Origin: Cyanophyceae cyanobacterium
GTDB lineage: Bacteria > Cyanobacteriota > Cyanobacteriia > Cyanobacteriales > JBHJGN01
Direction: 5' to 3'
DNA: 64,000 nt
Assembly: GCA_050331735.1 (NCBI GenBank)
Contig: JBHJGN010000048.1
Span: 1-64,000 of the forward strand
Below, piece after piece: positions 58,988-64,000 of the stretch (position 1 is the first letter of the stretch; each line of letters starts with the position of its first letter). The notes below the pieces were generated by a model. The model was not told the origin of the DNA, did not search any database, and saw only the letters and a list, made by a program, of their open reading frames with translations. The position numbers and the translations under genes are program-made.

Positions 58988-61900
58988 TTAAACAGCCGTG
59001 AAGTCGCTTTCAGAAAGCGCATCCACTTCTAGAACAACTGCAAGCTGCTCGCCACCAGCGGCAATTAGAGTACTGCTGCCCACGGTAGCGATCGCGAGCT
59101 CGTCAAAGGTCAGACCTTCTGCCAAGCCAATGAAGTCAGTGCCTACCTCAAAGTCAAAGATGAAGTCGGTGCCTTCGCCGAGCGCGATCACGAAGGTATC
59201 GCTGCCCTGGCCGCCGGAGGAGTCATCGCCTAAGAGGAGGTCGTCATCTGCCCCACCGCGCAGCAGGTCGTCCCCATCGTCCCCAAAGAGGACATCGATG
59301 CCCGCTTCTCCAAACAGTTCGTCGTTGCCGCCTTTACCGCCAAGACGGTCATCGCCAGCGCCGCCTAAAATGGTGTCGTCCCCGCCGACTCCAACCTGGG
59401 GAGAGCGGCTGTTGAGGTCGCCCCGCAGCACGTCGTCGCCGTCGGTTCCCAGGATGAGGTCATCACCGAGTCCACCAGCAACGAGATCAGCGCCCTCGCC
59501 AGCGATCAGAACGCCGTCGTCATCTCCGCCAATCAGTTCCTCGTTACCCGTCTCGACTCCAGGCAGCACCTCATAGATGCGACCGTCGCGCTCGTTCGGG
59601 TCTTCGTTGTTGTCCACGCGCCCGTCGGCAATATAAAGGCTGTTGAGGCGATCGCCAACTCCCTCGGGTAGCCCCGCGCCGGAAGCCGGACCAAAGGTGA
59701 GTCCCTGGGCCGCGAGCTGTGGGGGTGAGAGATTTTCCAAGGAGAACGTACCGACGACTTCCCCTTCAGTAGTATATTCAGCGATGAGGCCGTCTACCTC
59801 AGAAATGAGGAACAGCGTGCCCGTTTCGGCATTGTAGGCAATGCCTTCGGGGTCGCTGACAACGGTTTCATTCTCGGTGTTGAGAGTAAAACTATCGACA
59901 AACTCAAAGCCCTCGTCGTAGCGCAGCACCACAACGCCCTGGCTCATGCCGTCAACGGAGTAGATTAGTCCCGTCTCGGGGTTGATGGTGATGCCTTCAA
60001 AGTCGCCTTCGATGCCGGGTAGATTGGGCGGGAGATCGTCGAGGGTCACCGTGTCTTCCACCACCAGCGTCGCGTCTTCTCCCTCTCCCTCTAACCGATA
60101 GCGGTAGATAGCGAAGGTATTGTCGTTGCTGATGTAGAAGCGATCGCTAACTGGATCGTAGGTAATGCCTGTCGGTTCGTCATTCACAACTCCGGTCGCT
60201 TCCTCGTCGGTGAGATCGAAGGAGCGCACCAGCGTTTGACCGTCGGGTGTCACTTCAAACAGGTTTTCAGAGATAACATCCCCGTAAATTTCCAGTTCGG
60301 CAATTTCCGAGTCAGCAATAAACAGGTTACCGGAGGGATTGTAGAACGCCACTCCTGAGGAGTCGGTACTGGGAATCTCTAGAGGGTTCTCGTCATCGAC
60401 AAATCCCGTTTCAAAGGTGTTGAGCTGGAACAGTGGCTCGACGGTCGAATCGGCTCCCAGCAGCGGATCGAGGTCGAGGGATTCCTCTAGCTCCAGCAGA
60501 ATAATTTCGGTGTTGTCGATTTCTGGCGGTCTGCCAACAGAGAAGGGATAGTTGTTGTCGTTGGCAACAAGAATGGTGTCCTCGTCGATGACTAAAACAT
60601 CTTCAATGGTGACAAACGGAAACTCGAATGTGGTGCTGCCGTCGCTGTTAAGGTCGTTAGGGTCAGCGATATCGAGCAGGTCGGCCACTTCTTCCTTCGC
60701 GACAAACCCCTCTTCGTCGATCTCGGTGAAGTCGATCTTAAAGATCCTCTTGAACTCCGCTTCCTCGGCCTGCCCGCCGTCGCGCTCGATTACCAGAAAC
60801 TCGTTCTCGTTGATGGGGGTGAAATCACCGATCGCATGGCTCGGGTCTTCCAACCCGTAAAAGCCGACTAGTCCGGTGAAGGCCGCAGAGGCCACGTCAA
60901 ATTCATAGATCCGCACCGCGTTATCGGGATCTCCAACGACCGAGCCTTCCAGCATTGGATACAGCGTTCCGCGATCTGGGCTAAACGCCATGCCTTCGTA
61001 CCCGCGAGAGCGAGGCAGGTTGGGCAGCACCGTTTCTTGCTCCACTACAATCCGTCCGGTCTCAGGAAAGTCGGTGAAAAAGCCATCGACTCCCAGCTCA
61101 ATGAGCTGGCGGAACTCGTCTTCGGGAGACTGAGGCGTACCGTCAGCGTTGAGGGTGAGGAACCGCTCCTCGTTCCGCAGGGTATAGGGATGAATCTGCA
61201 ATCCGGCATCGTGGGCCCAGTCTATGTAGGGACGGACTTCTCCGGTTAGTTGAGTCGTAATTTCCGCTTCGCCGTCGCCGTTTCCGTCTACGGGGTCTTC
61301 GAGAGGCTCGCGCAGCAGGAAGCTGTTCTTCCAGGGACCAACTCCTTCGGCGTAGGTCTCACTGATGTAGTCGAAGATTTCGGCGGTGGCTAAATCCCCA
61401 TAGCCCGTGTCGGGCAGGTCATCGCCGTCCACGTCTTCGCCAAAGTTCGGCACCAAATCGACCAAATCGCCATACAGGTCGCGGGCATCCGCTTCAGAAA
61501 AGTCTGGGTCGCTGAAGTTGGCAACGATGTCGAAGGGAACGGAGAAACCGCCGCCGCCCTCGTTAATAAAGGCATCTTCCACATCGCCGTAGAGCTGGAC
61601 TAATGGTAAATCCTCTAACCCCGCATCCGGCAGCAGCTCGTTTTGTAATTCCAGCAGGTTGGCCACTTCAAAGGACTGAATAAAGATCCGGCTGGGGTCG
61701 GTAAAGCCTGTGGTTTGCAGCACTTCGACCAGCGGCTCTTCTAGCGACAAGCCCTGCTCGTCAAAAAAGGTAGGGTGCTTGGTTTCGGGATAGATGCCCA
61801 CGGCAACGCCGGTTTCTGCTTCTACTCGCTGCACCAGCTCGATCACTTCCTCTAACGTCGGAATTTCAAATTCGCCGTTGAAGGACTGGTCGCGGTCGGG

Positions 61901-64000
61901 AAAGGACTGAACGGCGCGGAGCTGCTTGATTTCTTCAAGGGTAAAGTCTTCGGCAAAGTAGGCCGTGATCTCTTCGCCATCTAAAATTTTCGTAGACTGG
62001 CGCTCCGGGCCAAAGACCTCGGCAATGTTGGTGGTGTCGTCTAGAATCGGCTCGTGACGCGCAATCAAGACGCCATCGCTGGTGATCACGAGATCCGGCT
62101 CGATAAAGTCAGCTCCTTGAGCGATCGCCCGTTCGTAGGCTTCGAGGGTATGCTCGGGAAGCTCGCCGCTAGCTCCCCGGTGGGCAATCACCAGCGGGGG
62201 CAAACCGTCGAGGGTGTCAAACAGCACCTCCGGGTTATCTGGAGAGCGCACCTCATCGGCTACTACCTGGTCCCGCACGTCGTCGCCCGTGCCGGGATGG
62301 TCGGTGAAGAATCCGTCTGCCCCTAACCCGATGAGCTGCTCGACTTCTTCTTCGGGGGTTTGGGGAGTGCCGTCGGGCTCTAGGGTCAGAAAGGTTTCTT
62401 CATTGCGTAGGGTGTAGGGATGAACCTGCAAGCCCGCGTCATGGGCTAGATCGATCAGCGGAAAAACTTCTCCGGTGAGCTGCGTGGTAATTTCCGCCTC
62501 GCCGTCCCCGTTGGCATCAACGGGTTCATCCAAGGACTCGCGCAGGAGGAAGCTATTTTTCCAGGGGCCCAAGCCTTCGGCGTAGGTTTCGCCAATGTAG
62601 TTGAGGACGTCCGCTGTGGCGAGGTCGCCGTAGTCGGTATCGGCGCTAAACTCGATGGGGAAGCCGTCATAAACGCTCGGATCGGCCTCTTCACTATCGG
62701 AAGTGAAATTGTAGGCCACGTCGTAAGGAATGGAGAACCCGCCGCCGTTGTCGTTGATGAAGGCGCGCTCGAAGTCTCCTGTGAGCTGCACGAGCGGAAT
62801 ATCTACTCCGGCAGCCGGCATAATCTCGGTTTGCAGCTCTAGCAGGTTTTCAATCTCGAAGGACTGAATAAAGAGGCGCTCTGGAGCGGTGAAGTCGTTG
62901 TCAACCAGGGTGTCGATGAGCTGTTGGCCCAGAGAAATATCAATGGGAGTGCCGTCGAGAAAAGTCCCTTCTTTGGCAAAAAACGTGGGGTGCTTGGTTT
63001 CTGGGTAAATACCAATTTCTCGTCCGGTTTCGGCTTCTACGTCCTTAACGAGATCAATAACTTCTGCCAGAGTGGGGATTTCGTATTCGTCGTTGAAAAC
63101 GGTATTGAGGGGCCGAATCTCGGGAATGCGTTCTCTAGCCCGCAGTTCCTTAATTTCTGCAAGGGTAAAGTCTTCGGAAAACCAGCCCGTGATTGGGGAG
63201 CCGTCGATAAATTTGGTGGTCAGGCGATCGCTAAACTGTTCGAGTTCGGCAACGTTGGTGGTTTCTTCACTGACCACAAAATCGCCATTTTCATCGACGA
63301 CGGGGCTGCCTTCATCGTCGGTTTCGACAATGGCCAGCGCATTTTCGTGCCGCGCAATCAGCACCCCGTCCTTGGTCGCAACCAAATCTGGTTCGATGAA
63401 GTCTGCACCAAATTCAATGGCTAGCTCGTAGGCTTCTAGGGTATGTTCTGGGCGGGAACCGCTTGCGCCTCGGTGACCGATGACCAGTGGGACTTGCCCA
63501 TTAAGCGTATCGAGTTCAAAAATATTGGGGGTGGCGATGGGAGCTTCGAGGAGTTCGCCCTCGGAATTGAAGTGTAGGACGAAGGGACCAAACTCGTCAC
63601 CCACCCAGATGTCCTCGTTATTGTCGAGCACAAACGACTCGATATCAAAATCCGCCCCGGTCAGATTGCGTTCCGCCGTTTCCTCGTTTTGAATTTCGTA
63701 GGGAATGGTGTCGTTGGGGTCCGAGAGCTGCACAAATCCCTGTACCTCAACGGAGGCATCGCTGTCTTCAGCTCCCGCAAAGTTAGGGTCTACCTGATAG
63801 AGGCGGAGCAAATAGTCAGCACTATTGGTTCTCGCTCCAAAGCCATTGTCGGACAGAAACCAAAACACGGAGCCATCGCTGCCGGGAGCAAACTGAACGC
63901 CGCTGAAGCCTTGCACCGGCTGGCCGGGAAACGGCCCGGTACGGCCATTTGCGTCGATGCCTTCCCCCGCCGGGGGGCCTTCTGCAAACGTATCGGCAGG
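58988..64000 (-). CDS. Giant acidic RTX protein: phytase-like esterase with two inserted GDPD domains plus a further beta-propeller (5'-truncated)
   Basis: Frame open to the window edge (PADTFAEGP...QGFSG). Phytase-like motifs LSDNGFG, DEFGP, SRGYEGMA, ERD, NDNNYPF; two HRGASG..PEHT...IYPETKHP...FFTD GDPD domains; EPTGIT/FEGIT/PEGIA blades; GGxGDD repeats. Confidence 0.9.
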   Translation of the reverse strand, partial: PADTFAEGPPAGEGIDANGRTGPFPGQPVQGFSGVQFAPGSDGSVFWFLSDNGFGARTNSADYLLRLYQVDPNFAGAEDSDASVEVQGFVQLSDPNDTIPYEIQNEETAERNLTGADFDIESFVLDNNEDIWVGDEFGPFVLHFNSEGELLEAPIATPNIFELDTLNGQVPLVIGHRGASGSRPEHTLEAYELAIEFGADFIEPDLVATKDGVLIARHENALAIVETDDEGSPVVDENGDFVVSEETTNVAELEQFSDRLTTKFIDGSPITGWFSEDFTLAEIKELRARERIPEIRPLNTVFNDEYEIPTLAEVIDLVKDVEAETGREIGIYPETKHPTFFAKEGTFLDGTPIDISLGQQLIDTLVDNDFTAPERLFIQSFEIENLLELQTEIMPAAGVDIPLVQLTGDFERAFINDNGGGFSIPYDVAYNFTSDSEEADPSVYDGFPIEFSADTDYGDLATADVLNYIGETYAEGLGPWKNSFLLRESLDEPVDANGDGEAEITTQLTGEVFPLIDLAHDAGLQVHPYTLRNEETFLTLEPDGTPQTPEEEVEQLIGLGADGFFTDHPGTGDDVRDQVVADEVRSPDNPEVLFDTLDGLPPLVIAHRGASGELPEHTLEAYERAIAQGADFIEPDLVITSDGVLIARHEPILDDTTNIAEVFGPERQSTKILDGEEITAYFAEDFTLEEIKQLRAVQSFPDRDQSFNGEFEIPTLEEVIELVQRVEAETGVAVGIYPETKHPTFFDEQGLSLEEPLVEVLQTTGFTDPSRIFIQSFEVANLLELQNELLPDAGLEDLPLVQLYGDVEDAFINEGGGGFSVPFDIVANFSDPDFSEADARDLYGDLVDLVPNFGEDVDGDDLPDTGYGDLATAEIFDYISETYAEGVGPWKNSFLLREPLEDPVDGNGDGEAEITTQLTGEVRPYIDWAHDAGLQIHPYTLRNEERFLTLNADGTPQSPEDEFRQLIELGVDGFFTDFPETGRIVVEQETVLPNLPRSRGYEGMAFSPDRGTLYPMLEGSVVGDPDNAVRIYEFDVASAAFTGLVGFYGLEDPSHAIGDFTPINENEFLVIERDGGQAEEAEFKRIFKIDFTEIDEEGFVAKEEVADLLDIADPNDLNSDGSTTFEFPFVTIEDVLVIDEDTILVANDNNYPFSVGRPPEIDNTEIILLELEESLDLDPLLGADSTVEPLFQLNTFETGFVDDENPLEIPSTDSSGVAFYNPSGNLFIADSEIAELEIYGDVISENLFEVTPDGQTLVRSFDLTDEEATGVVNDEPTGITYDPVSDRFYISNDNTFAIYRYRLEGEGEDATLVVEDTVTLDDLPPNLPGIEGDFEGITINPETGLIYSVDGMSQGVVVLRYDEGFEFVDSFTLNTENETVVSDPEGIAYNAETGTLFLISEVDGLIAEYTTEGEVVGTFSLENLSPPQLAAQGLTFGPASGAGLPEGVGDRLNSLYIADGRVDNNEDPNERDGRIYEVLPGVETGNEELIGGDDDGVLIAGEGADLVAGGLGDDLILGTDGDDVLRGDLNSRSPQVGVGGDDTILGGAGDDRLGGKGGNDELFGEAGIDVLFGDDGDDLLRGGADDDLLLGDDSSGGQGSDTFVIALGEGTDFIFDFEVGTDFIGLAEGLTFDELAIATVGSSTLIAAGGEQLAVVLEVDALSESDFTAV

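Larger units (their letters stand above)
4158..63231. repeat. HIP1 octamer GCGATCGC dispersed through the window
   Basis: Many copies, e.g. 4158, 5829, 6372, 8730, 63224; a cyanobacterial hallmark. Confidence 0.95.

Overview
Cyanobacterial chromosomal window, judged from dense HIP1 (GCGATCGC) sites and photosynthesis genes (acsF, psb29, cpcT/cpeT-like, ndhS, crtD, hli, plmA). It opens with an apparently intact IS200/IS605-family tnpB and its right-end hairpin. About 55 mostly housekeeping or accessory CDSs follow: a LysE/Lrp pair, a LysR/beta-propeller pair, an SLH protein, a cation-chloride cotransporter, a PEP-CTERM amidase, tenA, a GTPase-TM-TPR protein, TetR-devBCA, moxR, ribF, speE-like, a Tat Mn-SOD, hemF, mrp-rodA-ndhS, valS, moaE, acs and TetR-SDR. 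It ends with two RTX-tailed, probably secreted phosphorus-scavenging enzymes: an EEP nuclease, and a giant 5'-truncated phytase-like protein with two nested GDPD domains. The most unusual non-coding signal is a dispersed mosaic repeat family (about 10 full or partial copies). It is built from 13-14 nt hairpins with compensatory stem changes, purine/pyrimidine tracts and a conserved core, sits almost always right at stop codons, and twice extends into coding sequence. No rRNA, tRNA or CRISPR array was recognised. All calls come from reading the sequence by eye; no database searches were run.
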